64,000 bases of DNA from an uncultured Bacilli bacterium (lineage in GTDB: Bacteria > Bacillota_I > Bacilli_A > RF39 > UBA660): positions 629 to 64,628 of the forward strand of contig CANRKG010000005.1 in assembly GCA_947631155.1 (NCBI GenBank), written 5' to 3'. The notes beneath the pieces are model-generated. The model was given only the letters and a program-made list of their open reading frames with translations, did not search any database and was not told where the DNA came from. Each line of letters starts with the position of its first letter. Positions within the stretch are counted from its first letter, which is position 1. Below are positions 1-10,797 of this stretch, in pieces. A program made the position numbers and the translations under genes.

Positions 1-1431
1 AAACCAAGTGCTCGTTGTTCACAAGTGCTAGATGAAGTATTAGATTTATTTATCGAATTAGGAGCTTTAGATAACCAACTAGATTTTAAAGTTATTTATG
101 CTAGTGCTTTAAATGGTACCTGTTCTTTTTCCGAAGATTTGTCAACACAAACAGAAGGTTTTCAAGAAATTCTTGATACAATTTTGGAAGAAATTCCAGA
201 ACCAACAGGTGATAGCGATAAACCATTACAATTTCAACCAGCATTACTTGATTATAATGAATTTGTAGGAAGAATTGGAATAGGTCGTGTTCATAATGGT
301 GTTATTAAAACAGGTCAAATGGTTACTTGTTGTAGATTAGATGGAACTACTAAACAATTTAGAATTCAGAAATTATTTGGTTTCTATGGTTATAAAAGAA
401 TTGAAATAGAACAAGCTTGTGCTGGAGATATTGTAGCAATTTCAGGACTTGCTGATATTTCTGTTGGTGAAACTATCTGCGATACTAACACTGTTTTACC
501 ACTTGCGCCTCTTCATATTGATGAACCAACTTTACAAATGACTTTTGGAGCAAATTCATCGCCATTTGTAGGTCGTGATGGTAAAATAGTAACCGCTCGT
601 AAAATTGAAGAAAGATTAAATCGTGAATGTCAAAGAGATGTTAGTTTAAAAGTAGAACCTGCTAGTAATGATTCTTTTCTAGTATCTGGACGTGGTGAGC
701 TTCATTTAGGAATTTTAATTGAAAATATGCGTCGTGAAGGTTTCGAATTAGAAGTTTCTAAGCCTAATGTAATTGTTAAAGAAGTTGACGGTATTAAAAT
801 GGAACCGTACGAAGATTTACAAATTGAAGTACCTGAAGAATATGTTGGAAATGTTATTGAACAACTTGGATTACGTGGCGCTAAAATGGAAGACATGACC
901 AATTTTGAAAATCAAGTTAGATTAAGTTATACTATTCCTTCTCGTGGCTTAATAGGTTTTTCAACAGATTTTATGACCTTAACGAAAGGTTATGGAATTA
1001 TGAATCATACTTTTAAGGAATATGCTAAAGTAGAATCTGTCGATATAGGAGAGCGAAAACTAGGTGTATTAGTATCGGCTACTACAGGTTCATCCACGGC
1101 GTATTCAATAGGAAGTTTAGAAGATAGAGGCGTTATGTTTATTGAACCTGGTACTGACGTATATGAAGGTATGATAGTAGGGGAATGTAATCGCGATAAT
1201 GATTTAGCTGTTAATGTTACTAAGGGTAAAAATCTGACTAATATTCGTGCTGCGGGTAGTGATCATACAGTTGTCTTAAAAAAACCTCGACCAATCCCTT
1301 TAGAATATGCTCTTGATTATATTAATTCTGATGAGTTAGTAGAAGTTACACCTAACTTTATTAGAATTAGAAAAAGAATTTTAGATACTGAATCTCGTAA
1401 AAAATTTGATGCTAAGATAAAAAACAGTTAA
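1..1431 (+). CDS. typA: Translational GTPase TypA/BipA, 5'-truncated by the window edge
   Basis: Frame 1 is open from base 1 (KPSARCSQVLDEVLDLFIELGA...). The sequence matches BipA domains II-V and the C-terminal domain. The GTG at 25 in the ORF track is internal. Confidence 0.9.
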   Translation, partial: KPSARCSQVLDEVLDLFIELGALDNQLDFKVIYASALNGTCSFSEDLSTQTEGFQEILDTILEEIPEPTGDSDKPLQFQPALLDYNEFVGRIGIGRVHNGVIKTGQMVTCCRLDGTTKQFRIQKLFGFYGYKRIEIEQACAGDIVAISGLADISVGETICDTNTVLPLAPLHIDEPTLQMTFGANSSPFVGRDGKIVTARKIEERLNRECQRDVSLKVEPASNDSFLVSGRGELHLGILIENMRREGFELEVSKPNVIVKEVDGIKMEPYEDLQIEVPEEYVGNVIEQLGLRGAKMEDMTNFENQVRLSYTIPSRGLIGFSTDFMTLTKGYGIMNHTFKEYAKVESVDIGERKLGVLVSATTGSSTAYSIGSLEDRGVMFIEPGTDVYEGMIVGECNRDNDLAVNVTKGKNLTNIRAAGSDHTVVLKKPRPIPLEYALDYINSDELVEVTPNFIRIRKRILDTESRKKFDAKIKNS

Positions 1432-1445
1432 TATAAACTATTATG

Positions 1446-1475
1446 AGACTATTGAAAAAATAGTCTTTTTTTTTC
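1446..1475 (+). terminator. Rho-independent terminator after typA
   Basis: 8-bp stem agactatt/aatagtct with a 5-nt loop, followed by a T9 run. Confidence 0.7.
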
Positions 1476-1515
1476 TCAAAAAATTGGTATAATATAGTTA
1501 AGGTAGGGTGATTAT

Positions 1516-2130
1516 ATGAAAAAGATAGATGATCATTCAGAACAAATATTAAATTTATATGAAGTTCAAGAAATTGAACGTCAAGAAAAAATAAAAAAAC
1601 ATAAAATCTTACCTATAATATTAATAATAATAGGTATCATATTCGTATTTACTGGAATTTTTTATAATAATATTATTAAACTAATTGATAATATTGATAA
1701 AAAAAATGTTAAAGAAGAAACAAATATAGATGATAAAAACAAACTCAAATGTAATTACAAAAAAGATGATACTTCTTTGGGTGTTAATTATAGATATAGT
1801 AATAGTTATAAATTTGATAATAGATTATTAAAAAATAGTGAAATAACTATCATTATATCACCATTACCAAATAGTGATATAGCTAATAGTAATATTAAAG
1901 TATTAAAAGAAAAATATACTAATATAATTAATAATTTAAATACTATAAATGGTGTAAAAGCATCAGTGGTATTAGACAATAATAATTTAACTATCAAATA
2001 TAATATTAATTATGAAAAAGTTGATGTAACTAAACTTACACCAGAAAATAAGCAAATAATAAGTGATCAATTAGATGAAAAATATGCTTCCATCAAAAGA
2101 AAAAATCAGGAAAATAATTACTTGTGTTAG
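1516..2130 (+). CDS. Hypothetical N-terminally membrane-anchored protein
   Basis: RBS GGTAGGGTGA lies upstream and an extended -10 TGGTATAAT sits at 1485-1493. One TM segment (ILPIILIIIGIIFVFTGIFY) precedes an N/K-rich domain with no recognisable motif. Confidence 0.6.
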   Translation: MKKIDDHSEQILNLYEVQEIERQEKIKKHKILPIILIIIGIIFVFTGIFYNNIIKLIDNIDKKNVKEETNIDDKNKLKCNYKKDDTSLGVNYRYSNSYKFDNRLLKNSEITIIISPLPNSDIANSNIKVLKEKYTNIINNLNTINGVKASVVLDNNNLTIKYNINYEKVDVTKLTPENKQIISDQLDEKYASIKRKNQENNYLC

Positions 2131-2165
2131 TAACTATTAACCTGATTTTTTTAAGTGAAAATTAC

Positions 2166-2348
2166 TTATGCAGCAATTTTATCATTCTTCATTAAAGTTC
2201 TTTTTTCTCTAGCTGAAATTCTGAATCTTGTTCCATCTTCTAATCTAACAACTTGTAAATTTACTTTTTGTTTCTTATTAGTTCTTCTACATGAGTGAGA
2301 TACGTTTTTAGCAGAATTTGGTTTTTTATTTGATAAATTAATAGCCAT
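2166..2348 (-). CDS. rpmB: 50S ribosomal protein L28
   Basis: 60 aa with an L28-like core (NVSHSCRRTNKKQKVNLQVVRL). A strong RBS AAAGGAGGAA precedes the ATG. Confidence 0.85.
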   Translation of the reverse strand: MAINLSNKKPNSAKNVSHSCRRTNKKQKVNLQVVRLEDGTRFRISAREKRTLMKNDKIAA

Positions 2349-2475
2349 TTAAATTCCTCCTTTTGTGTCTTGATTCCTTGCTTTATAACTTTATCATAAT
2401 AGTTTGAAAAAGTCAAATAAAACCTATATATTTTATATGTTTTATGATACACTAAAACAAAAGGAGGAATCAATA

Positions 2476-5421
2476 ATGTATATTTCATTATATGTAAAAA
2501 GTAATTATTCATTACTATCTAGTATGTTAAAAATTGATGATGTAATTGCATATGCATTAAAACAAAAGGCTCCTTTTTGTGTAATAAATGATATTAATAT
2601 GTATGGAACAATGGAATTTATTAAAAAATGTAACCAAAATAAAATTAAACCAATTATTTCATTAGCTATTAAATATCAAGAATCTGAAATTATTTTATTT
2701 GCTAAAAATTATCAAGGTTATAAATCATTAATTAAATTATCGACAATCCAAAGTGAACATTTGCTTACTAGAGAAGATTTAAAAAAATATAATAAGGAAC
2801 TTTTAGTAGTATTGCCTTATTCAAGTTTAAACCTTTTTACTGAGATGCAAAGTATTTATGATGACCTTTATTTAGGATATACTAATTTAAAAGAAGAACA
2901 AAAAGTTAAAGAAATGAGTACTAATTATGTATTTTTTAAGGAAGCTTTGTATTTAAATAAAAAGGATTATGATTTATTAAATTATTTATATCTAATTAGG
3001 GATGGAAAAACAATAACTGATGATATTAGTTATGATGTGCTAAATCATGAGTTAATTCAAGAAGATATTACTTCTTTATCAGATAGCGAAGGACTTAATA
3101 ATACTTTCTTAATTTGTGAAAAGTGTAATGTAGAGTTTCCACCTAGTAAATTATTATTACCTATATATAAAGAAACAAAAGATTTATCTAGTGATAAATA
3201 TTTATTTGAACTTGCCAAAAAAGGCTTATCTAAGAGACTAAATAATGATATTAATGATCAATACAAAAAAAGACTTAGTTATGAGTTAAAAATAATTAAT
3301 CAAATGGGCTTTTGTAATTATTTTTTAGTAGTTTATGATTTTATTAGATATGCTAAAAAAAATAATATCTTAGTTGGGCCGGGTAGAGGAAGTGCTGCGG
3401 GAAGTTTAGTTTCATATTCACTAGGAATTACGGATATTGATCCTATTAAATATGATTTATTGTTTGAAAGATTTTTAAATCCTGAACGAAAAACCATGCC
3501 TGATATTGATACGGATTTTCCAGATAATAAAAGACAACAAGTTATTGATTATGTTATTTCTAGATATGGTAAGAAAAATGTATCTGGAATAATAACTTTT
3601 GGAACTTTAGGAATTAAACAGGTTATAAGGGATGTAAGTCGAGTTTTAAATATTCCTATATATAAAGTTGATGCTCTTTCTAAATTTGTTCCTAATTTTA
3701 CGCATGAAAAACTAATCGACTTTTATCAGAAAAATGAATTATTTAAATTTAGAATTGATAGTGATAAAGATTTAACAAAAATGTTTAAAATTGCTACTAA
3801 AATTGAAGGATTTCCGAGACATACTTCTTCTCATGCAGCGGGAATTATTATGAGTGCTGTCGAATTAGATGAAGTTATTCCCTTAACTTGGTCAGATGAT
3901 ATATACTTAAGTGGTTATTCTATGGAATATTTGGAAAATTTAGGTCTTCTAAAAATGGATTTCTTAGGCTTAAAAAACTTAACTATTATTAGTAATATTT
4001 TAGAAGATGTAAAGAAAAATTATAATATCAATATTGATTTTTCTACTATTCCTTTAGATGATAAAGAAGTTATTTCTTTATTTGCTAAAGCGGATACTTT
4101 AGGAATATTTCAGTTTGAATCTACAGGAATGCGCAACTTTTTAAAGAAACTAAAACCAAGTAATTTTGAAGATATTTTTGCTGCGATTGCTTTGTTTAGA
4201 CCTGGTCCAGCTGATAATATAGATACCTATATTAAAAGAAAAAATAATCAAGAAAAAGTTGAGTATCTAGATCCATGTTTAAAAAAAATATTAGCTAATA
4301 CATATGGTATTATTATTTATCAAGAGCAAATAATTCAAGTTGCTAATATATTTGCGGGTTATTCTTTAGGGGAAGCTGATATATTAAGAAGAGCAATGAG
4401 TAAGAAAAAATTAGAATTATTACAAGAAGAAGAAACCAAATTTATTAAGAAAAGTCAAGCAAAAGGCCATTCTTATGAAACTTCTAAGAAGATTTTTGAT
4501 TTAATTTTAAAGTTTGCTGGTTATGGCTTTAATCGTTCTCATTCGGTTGCTTATTCTATAATTGCATACAAGATGGCTTACTTAAAAAATTATTATAAAC
4601 ATGAATTTTTTGCTAATTTGTTAACTAATGTAATTGGTAGTGAAAGTAAAACCAAACAATATATTGAGGAAGCTAAGGCTAATCACATTATTGTTGAAAA
4701 ACCAAATATTAATTATAGTAGTGATAAATATATAGTTCATAACAAAAAAATAATATTTCCTTTTTCTAATTTAAAATCCATCGGAACTGTTGCAGCTAAA
4801 TCTATTTTAACCGCAAAAAATGATGGTATATTCTCAGATGTTTATGATTGTATTAGTAGATTAGTTATTGCTGGAGTTACTAAAAAGACTATCGAATGTT
4901 TAATTTTAACTGACGCGTTAAAAGATTTTGGCTATAATAGAAAAACTTTATTTTATAATTTAGATAGTTTATTTAATTATGCTGAATTAACTAAAGATTT
5001 AGATCCATCATTAGTAATGAAACCAGAAATAGAATATTATAAAGAGTATAGTGAAGAAGAAATATTAGACTTTGAAAAAGAAATATTTGGTTTTTATTTA
5101 ACCCATCATCCTACTACTAATTATTATAAAAATAATGAAAATTGTATTCGTTTAAAGGATATAAAAACCTATTTTAATAAGCGTGTAGAAGTATTAGTTT
5201 TAATTGATAAAATTAAGGTTATTGAAACTAAAAAGAAAGAAAAAATGGCTTTTATAGATGGTAGTGATGAAACTGCTAAAATGAGTTTTACTATGTTTCC
5301 AAAAATATACAATAAATTTCCTACTTTAAAAAGGGGAGATATTTTAAAAGTTTATGGTAATGTTGAAAAACGATTAGATGAATATCAAATTATCATTAAC
5401 AATTTAGAACAGTTAAATTAA
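2476..5421 (+). CDS. dnaE: DNA polymerase III alpha subunit (DnaE type)
   Basis: PHP-domain N-terminus (YISLYVKSNYSLL) and the GPGRGSAAGSLVSYSLGITDIDP signature. ATG 2476 follows AAGGAGG at 2461-2467, so the 2404 start in the track is an upstream in-frame extension. Confidence 0.92.
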   Translation: MYISLYVKSNYSLLSSMLKIDDVIAYALKQKAPFCVINDINMYGTMEFIKKCNQNKIKPIISLAIKYQESEIILFAKNYQGYKSLIKLSTIQSEHLLTREDLKKYNKELLVVLPYSSLNLFTEMQSIYDDLYLGYTNLKEEQKVKEMSTNYVFFKEALYLNKKDYDLLNYLYLIRDGKTITDDISYDVLNHELIQEDITSLSDSEGLNNTFLICEKCNVEFPPSKLLLPIYKETKDLSSDKYLFELAKKGLSKRLNNDINDQYKKRLSYELKIINQMGFCNYFLVVYDFIRYAKKNNILVGPGRGSAAGSLVSYSLGITDIDPIKYDLLFERFLNPERKTMPDIDTDFPDNKRQQVIDYVISRYGKKNVSGIITFGTLGIKQVIRDVSRVLNIPIYKVDALSKFVPNFTHEKLIDFYQKNELFKFRIDSDKDLTKMFKIATKIEGFPRHTSSHAAGIIMSAVELDEVIPLTWSDDIYLSGYSMEYLENLGLLKMDFLGLKNLTIISNILEDVKKNYNINIDFSTIPLDDKEVISLFAKADTLGIFQFESTGMRNFLKKLKPSNFEDIFAAIALFRPGPADNIDTYIKRKNNQEKVEYLDPCLKKILANTYGIIIYQEQIIQVANIFAGYSLGEADILRRAMSKKKLELLQEEETKFIKKSQAKGHSYETSKKIFDLILKFAGYGFNRSHSVAYSIIAYKMAYLKNYYKHEFFANLLTNVIGSESKTKQYIEEAKANHIIVEKPNINYSSDKYIVHNKKIIFPFSNLKSIGTVAAKSILTAKNDGIFSDVYDCISRLVIAGVTKKTIECLILTDALKDFGYNRKTLFYNLDSLFNYAELTKDLDPSLVMKPEIEYYKEYSEEEILDFEKEIFGFYLTHHPTTNYYKNNENCIRLKDIKTYFNKRVEVLVLIDKIKVIETKKKEKMAFIDGSDETAKMSFTMFPKIYNKFPTLKRGDILKVYGNVEKRLDEYQIIINNLEQLN

Positions 5422-5446
5422 TGGAGTAAAACTAGAAGGTGATTAA

Positions 5447-5908
5447 GTGAAAAAAGAAAAAATATATAGTATTTGTGGAACCTTATTATTAATAGATCAA
5501 TTGCTAAAAATTATTATTGATATGAAATTAAAATTAAATCAGAGAATCTCTATAATACCTAATTTCTTTAGTATTTATTATGTTAGAAATACAGGAGCGG
5601 CTTTTTCCATTTTAAAAGACCAAAGATATCTGTTTATTGGTATAGCTTTTATAACTTTCTTTTTATTACAAAGATATATTTCTAAGACTAAAATTACCAA
5701 AAAATTAGAAATTATTTCTTTAGGACTGTTAATGGGAGGATTAGTAGGTAATTTGATTGATAGATTGCTTTATGGTTATGTTATTGATTATTTATCATTT
5801 AATTTTTTCGGCTATTCTTTTCCTATTTTTAACATTGCCGATATTGGAATAGTAATAGGTATAATCTTATTTAGTATATATATAATGAAAACACCAAAGG
5901 GACATTAG
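5447..5908 (+). CDS. lspA: Lipoprotein signal peptidase II
   Basis: NTGAAFS and FNIADIGIVIG motifs and four TM segments. Confidence 0.9.
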   Translation: MKKEKIYSICGTLLLIDQLLKIIIDMKLKLNQRISIIPNFFSIYYVRNTGAAFSILKDQRYLFIGIAFITFFLLQRYISKTKITKKLEIISLGLLMGGLVGNLIDRLLYGYVIDYLSFNFFGYSFPIFNIADIGIVIGIILFSIYIMKTPKGH

Positions 5909-5911
5909 AGA

Positions 5912-5940
5912 TTGATTTTATTAGAATTATATGGTATAAT
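5912..5940 (+). promoter_or_regulatory. Sigma-A-like promoter for the 5963 gene
   Basis: TTGATT (5912-5917), 17-nt spacer, then TATAAT (5935-5940) with an upstream TG (extended -10). Confidence 0.5.
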
Positions 5941-5962
5941 CAGTTACTAATGGGGGATTGGC

Positions 5963-7327
5963 ATGAAAAAAAGGATTAAGAAAGATTTATACTATTATCT
6001 ATGCTATGGTGAAATTGGAATCATAGCATTATTAGGTATAGGGCATGTAGATCATGTTATAAAAAGAAATGCAAATGTTTGTAGTGAAAGTCAAGTTAAT
6101 AATACAATTTATCTTAATAATGTTAAAGAGTTAGATTCTTATTTAAATCAAGAAATTACTTTTCAAGATGTAAGAGTTGCACTTAGAAATAATCCTAATT
6201 TAGAAGATGATGATAAAGATTTAATAAATGAATTAATAGATAAATTAGAAGAAAAAACACCTTATTTAAACTTAAAATGTTTATATGAAAATATTAAATT
6301 ATTACAAATAAAAAGATTAGAAAAAACAGATTTTACCACAAATGTTATAGGCAGCTTTGATCGATACAGTGATGAGATAATTTTATACAATTATAAGATA
6401 AGTTTATTTAATAATAATGATGATACATTAAAACATGAAATGTTACATACTGCTCATTCCTTGGTTTTAGATACAAAAGAAGGTTCAATTGAAAAAAACT
6501 TTTGTATACAAAATGATAAAACATCATTTTTAAAAGAAGGCTTTATATGTTGGTTTAAAAATTACTTATTTCCAGAATCAAAATCTTTTAGCTATAGAGA
6601 CTTGGTAAACGATATTGATATTTTTAAATATATTCTAGGAGTTAATGATAAAGAATTAATTACTATTTTTACCGAGGGTAATTATAAAGATATTTTAAAT
6701 TCTAATGTGATGCATTTAGATGATTTAGAAATAGAAGAACTAATTAATATTTGTGATAAAGAATATAATATGATTCAATATAACAAAAGCGGAAGTCTTA
6801 CTACTTATGAATTAACTAGAAAATATGATTTATTATTAAAAGCTTGTATAAATTCCCACCAAGATGATATGAATGTAGATACAGTTTATCAGATCCAAAA
6901 TTTATTGTCTGATAGTTATAATTATTATAATATTATCGAACTACCAAATTTTCGTGAAAACTTATTAAAACAGGCTATAAGCGCATTACCAAGGAAAAAT
7001 AATAATATTAAAATAACAGATTTTTATGGAAAAAGAATAAATTATTGTGACTTTAACAATTTAGTTTTAATTCATAATAAAAATGGAACAGGGGTCTTTA
7101 CATATATAATTGGTGAAGAATATCAAGATACTAATCAGCAAACGACTTATTATGTAGATGATGATTTTATTACCTATAATAAAGAAAATAATAATGAAGT
7201 TTTCCGTCTTAGCGATGTAGCTAAAACTTTATTACCAACTGATGAGTTATCACTTATAGATATAGGTGATTATCTTGAAGAAAAGAATAAATCTAATTCT
7301 AAAACCAAAGTTTATAAAAAGAAATAG
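5963..7327 (+). CDS. Hypothetical protein with HExxH zinc-metalloprotease-like motif
   Basis: LKHEMLHTAHS motif and a weakly hydrophobic N-terminus. It is inserted between lspA and rluD, which are adjacent in B. subtilis. Confidence 0.6.
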   Translation: MKKRIKKDLYYYLCYGEIGIIALLGIGHVDHVIKRNANVCSESQVNNTIYLNNVKELDSYLNQEITFQDVRVALRNNPNLEDDDKDLINELIDKLEEKTPYLNLKCLYENIKLLQIKRLEKTDFTTNVIGSFDRYSDEIILYNYKISLFNNNDDTLKHEMLHTAHSLVLDTKEGSIEKNFCIQNDKTSFLKEGFICWFKNYLFPESKSFSYRDLVNDIDIFKYILGVNDKELITIFTEGNYKDILNSNVMHLDDLEIEELINICDKEYNMIQYNKSGSLTTYELTRKYDLLLKACINSHQDDMNVDTVYQIQNLLSDSYNYYNIIELPNFRENLLKQAISALPRKNNNIKITDFYGKRINYCDFNNLVLIHNKNGTGVFTYIIGEEYQDTNQQTTYYVDDDFITYNKENNNEVFRLSDVAKTLLPTDELSLIDIGDYLEEKNKSNSKTKVYKKK

Positions 7328-7344
7328 TATCTAAGGAGGTATTT

Positions 7345-8229
7345 ATGATTGTAGAAGAAACAGAAAAGAATATTAGGATTGATAAATATCTAGCCGAAAA
7401 ATTAGAACTATCCAGAAGTAAAATTCAAAAATTAATTGAAGAAGAAAAAGTTTTAGTTAATAAAAAGAAAATATCAGCAAATTATAAAATTAAAACTGGT
7501 GATGAAATTTTAGTAAATGATAAACTAGATTATAATATTACTATTGAAAAGGAAGATATTCCCTTAGATATTCTATATGAAGATGAAGATTTACTAATAA
7601 TTAATAAAAAAAGTGGTATGGTTGTTCATCCTGCGCCTGGTCATTATACAAAAACCTTAGTAAATGCATTACTTTATAAGTTTGATATAGATAGTAAAGA
7701 TAATATTCGTCCAGGAATTGTTCATCGATTAGATAAAGATACAAGTGGGGTTATGATTGTTGCTAAAAATGATGAAATGCATGATATTTTATCAAAGATG
7801 ATAAAAGACAAAAAAATACAACGTCATTATTTAGCCTTAGTCGAAGGAATTATTCCTCATGAGACCGGCACAATCGATGCTCCAATTGGCAGAGATTCGA
7901 ATAATCGTCAAAAAATGGCAGTTACAGATATAAATAGTAGGAATTCTATTACACATTTTAAGGTTTTAAAGCGTTTTAAAAATAATACTCTAATTGAGTG
8001 TAGGTTGGAAACGGGGAGAACTCATCAAATAAGGGTTCATCTAGCTTATATTAAACATCCAGTTGTAAATGATCCTTTATATAATAAAAAGAAAGCTACA
8101 GAATTTGGACAAATGTTGCATTCTAAAAGTATAGAATTTATTCACCCCAAAACAGGAAAAAGAATATACTATGAAGTAGATTTACCTAAAGAATTTTTAG
8201 AAAAAATAGAGGAATTAGAAAATGAATAA
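7345..8229 (+). CDS. rluD: 23S rRNA pseudouridine synthase, RluA/RluD family
   Basis: S4-like N-terminus, catalytic HRLDKDTSG motif and GRTHQIRVH motif. Confidence 0.9.
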   Translation: MIVEETEKNIRIDKYLAEKLELSRSKIQKLIEEEKVLVNKKKISANYKIKTGDEILVNDKLDYNITIEKEDIPLDILYEDEDLLIINKKSGMVVHPAPGHYTKTLVNALLYKFDIDSKDNIRPGIVHRLDKDTSGVMIVAKNDEMHDILSKMIKDKKIQRHYLALVEGIIPHETGTIDAPIGRDSNNRQKMAVTDINSRNSITHFKVLKRFKNNTLIECRLETGRTHQIRVHLAYIKHPVVNDPLYNKKKATEFGQMLHSKSIEFIHPKTGKRIYYEVDLPKEFLEKIEELENE

Positions 8230-9094
8230 AGAGAGATTTAAGTCAACTAAAATCGCTAGTATTTTAGGAATAATTGGTAATTTATTTTTATTAATTATTA
8301 AAGCTATTATTGGTTTTATTACTAATAGTCAAGCCATGATTGCTGACAGTTTTAATAGTTTTTTAGATATATTTTCATCGATAATGACCTATATAGGTAA
8401 TAAAATTGCATCTAAACCTAAAGATAATTGTCATAACTTTGGACATGGTAAAGCAGAATATATTTTTTCAATGTTAATTAGTATTACGATGATTTATTTA
8501 TCTTTTAAAGTTTTAATAAGTGGTATAACATCATTATTTTCTAAGCCAAGTTATCAATTTTCTATTTGGTTAATAGTAGTTTGTATTATTACTATCATTA
8601 CTAAATTATTGTTATATATTTATACTAAAAAATTATCTAATAAATATAATAATTTGTTAATTGAAGCCAATTCAAAGGATCATAGAAATGATTGTTTATT
8701 AACTTTATTGACTTTAATCTCAGTTTTATTTAGTATGTATGGTATTTATATTATAGATATTATTGTGGGAATAGTTATTTCTATTTGGATTTTTGTAACG
8801 GCTATAAGAATATTTATGAAAAGTTATGATGTTTTAATGGATAAGTCAATTGATGAAGGAACTAAAAAGAAAGTATATGATTTAATTAATTCATATCCAG
8901 AAATAAAGAAGATAGTTCATTTTAACTCTACACCGGTAGGCTATCGTTATCAAATTTCTTTTACAATATTTGTAGATGGAAATTTATCAACTTTCGAAAG
9001 TCATGCAATAGCGGATAAATTAGAAGATGAAATAGAAGAAAAAATCCCCGAAATTTATTTAACTATAATTCATGTAAATCCAATATCTTTATAG
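8222..9094 (+). CDS. Cation diffusion facilitator family transporter
   Basis: Six predicted TM segments, ADSFNSFLD and HRNDCLL motifs, and a C-terminal cytoplasmic domain. The start overlaps the rluD stop. Confidence 0.8.
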   Translation: MNKERFKSTKIASILGIIGNLFLLIIKAIIGFITNSQAMIADSFNSFLDIFSSIMTYIGNKIASKPKDNCHNFGHGKAEYIFSMLISITMIYLSFKVLISGITSLFSKPSYQFSIWLIVVCIITIITKLLLYIYTKKLSNKYNNLLIEANSKDHRNDCLLTLLTLISVLFSMYGIYIIDIIVGIVISIWIFVTAIRIFMKSYDVLMDKSIDEGTKKKVYDLINSYPEIKKIVHFNSTPVGYRYQISFTIFVDGNLSTFESHAIADKLEDEIEEKIPEIYLTIIHVNPISL

Positions 9095-9106
9095 TATATA
9101 AAAAAA

Positions 9107-9577
9107 CTATTTAGCATTTATAATGTAAATAGTAACACTTAAAACAGTTGCAAAAAGACTGAGTAGTACATAAGGATTTAAATATTTAGTACTTTTTTCA
9201 TTTAATTTAGATGTTTCTTCGTATAAAAATAAGCAAGATATAAATGTGCCTAGACAAGATATGAATCCTAAAAATGTATTTTCTAATGTGAAAAAGACAA
9301 AGGTAAAGGCTTGATTAAAAAGATAATTTATCAATAAGGTCTTTTTATAAGATTTAGGAACATTTTTCCAGGTATATTCATTAACAATTTGGTAGACACT
9401 AATCGCAATACAGATATAGGTAAATGACCAAGCAATTCCGTAAAAAGCATTAGGTGGAGTGAAAAAAGGTAGGATAAGCGAATTATAGAACTCTTGATTG
9501 AAAGGGAAAAGTGTAGATAAAAACCAAGGAGCTAAACATAGAATATATAAAACTATTTTTTTTAAAATAATAATCAC
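9107..9577 (-). CDS. TspO/MBR family (tryptophan-rich sensory protein-like) membrane protein
   Basis: Five TM segments and aromatic-rich motifs (FFTPPNAFYGIAWSFTY). The exact start is uncertain because the only canonical start, GTG, lies within the SD-like AGGTGA. Confidence 0.65.
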   Translation of the reverse strand: MIIILKKIVLYILCLAPWFLSTLFPFNQEFYNSLILPFFTPPNAFYGIAWSFTYICIAISVYQIVNEYTWKNVPKSYKKTLLINYLFNQAFTFVFFTLENTFLGFISCLGTFISCLFLYEETSKLNEKSTKYLNPYVLLSLFATVLSVTIYIINAK

Positions 9578-9639
9578 CTCTTTAAATATTGTATGTTTTA
9601 GTATATAATATTAGTAGTGATTTTTTAGGAGGCAGATTC

Positions 9640-10791
9640 ATGAATCAAGGCATGAGTATTGAATTAGATGGAAAAAATATAATTGTAATGAAATTATTAC
9701 ATTATTTTATTACTGAAAAAAATTATAATCCGATAATATTACAAGGTGCTGAAAATGAAATTTGGCTAGAAAATATGGATGCTGATTATAAAATAGTAAG
9801 AATTGTTTCTAACTATATTCATAATAAAGAACAGTTTGATTTTGATATTTTTAAAACAAAAAGGATTGTAAAGAAGATAAAGAAAAAGACATTAACCTTT
9901 AATATAAATACTTTAAGTATATTTTTAGATTTAGGTGATAATGTTTTATTAGAACCAGTTAAGAATGTGGATTGTATTAAAGTTAATGAAGAAAAAGATT
10001 TAGTTAAAAATGAAATTATTAATACAATTTATCCTGATTTATCTAAAAAATTAAAATATAGTGAAGAAGGAATTCAATTATTTATAAAAATTACAAGTGA
10101 TATTAATAAACATAATAAAAGTGATGCTGAAAAAATTGATGAAGTTTTTAAAATAAAATATCCTATGATAACTTATATATTAATTGCTTTGAATGTAATT
10201 ATTTATGTAGCTTCTATTTTTTCTGGAAGTTATGATACTATTTTAGAAAAATTTAGTATTTTTGCACCATTAATTAGAATGGGACAATATTATCGTTTAC
10301 TTACAGGAACTTTTTTACATGCTAACATTTTACATTTAGCTTTTAATTGTTATGCTTTATATGTTATAGGTACTCAATTAGAAAGTTATTTAGGAAAATG
10401 GCGATATATTTTTGTTTATTTATTTAGTGCTATAACAGGAGCCTTATTTTCAATGATATTTGGTGGTAATTCAATTTCAATTGGTGCAAGTGGAGCTATT
10501 TTTGGTTTGATGGGATCACTTGTCTACTTCGGTTATCATTATCGTGTGTTTTTAGGAAATGTTATCAAAAGTCAAATTTTACCGCTTATTTTTGTTAACT
10601 TATTAATTGGATTTATGTCTGAAGGTATTGATAATGCAGCACATGTTGGCGGTTTAATAGGTGGTTTACTTATAACTATGGCTTTAGGAATAAAATATAA
10701 AAGTACGACAATGGAAAAAATTAATGGAATTGTTTTATCAATAATATTTTTAGTATTTTCTATTTATATGGCATTTTATTATGCTGTGTAG
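9640..10791 (+). CDS. Rhomboid family intramembrane serine protease with N-terminal cytoplasmic domain
   Basis: GASGAIFG (catalytic Ser) and AAHVGGLIGG (His) motifs. ATG 9640 follows GGAGG. Confidence 0.85.
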   Translation: MNQGMSIELDGKNIIVMKLLHYFITEKNYNPIILQGAENEIWLENMDADYKIVRIVSNYIHNKEQFDFDIFKTKRIVKKIKKKTLTFNINTLSIFLDLGDNVLLEPVKNVDCIKVNEEKDLVKNEIINTIYPDLSKKLKYSEEGIQLFIKITSDINKHNKSDAEKIDEVFKIKYPMITYILIALNVIIYVASIFSGSYDTILEKFSIFAPLIRMGQYYRLLTGTFLHANILHLAFNCYALYVIGTQLESYLGKWRYIFVYLFSAITGALFSMIFGGNSISIGASGAIFGLMGSLVYFGYHYRVFLGNVIKSQILPLIFVNLLIGFMSEGIDNAAHVGGLIGGLLITMALGIKYKSTTMEKINGIVLSIIFLVFSIYMAFYYAV

Positions 10792-10797
10792 TTAAAG

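Noticed and set aside
2404-2475. Upstream in-frame extensions of ORF-track starts. Examples: dnaE 2404, rhomboid 9589, lon 22666, rubrerythrin 27635, trmR 12918, and 13580, 25159, 28707, 39788, 49669, 50125, 56896, 61631, 63299.
   Set aside because: In each case a downstream ATG with a well-spaced Shine-Dalgarno sequence gives a protein beginning at the conserved N-terminus. The extended starts often lie within the SD itself or in promoter or terminator sequence.
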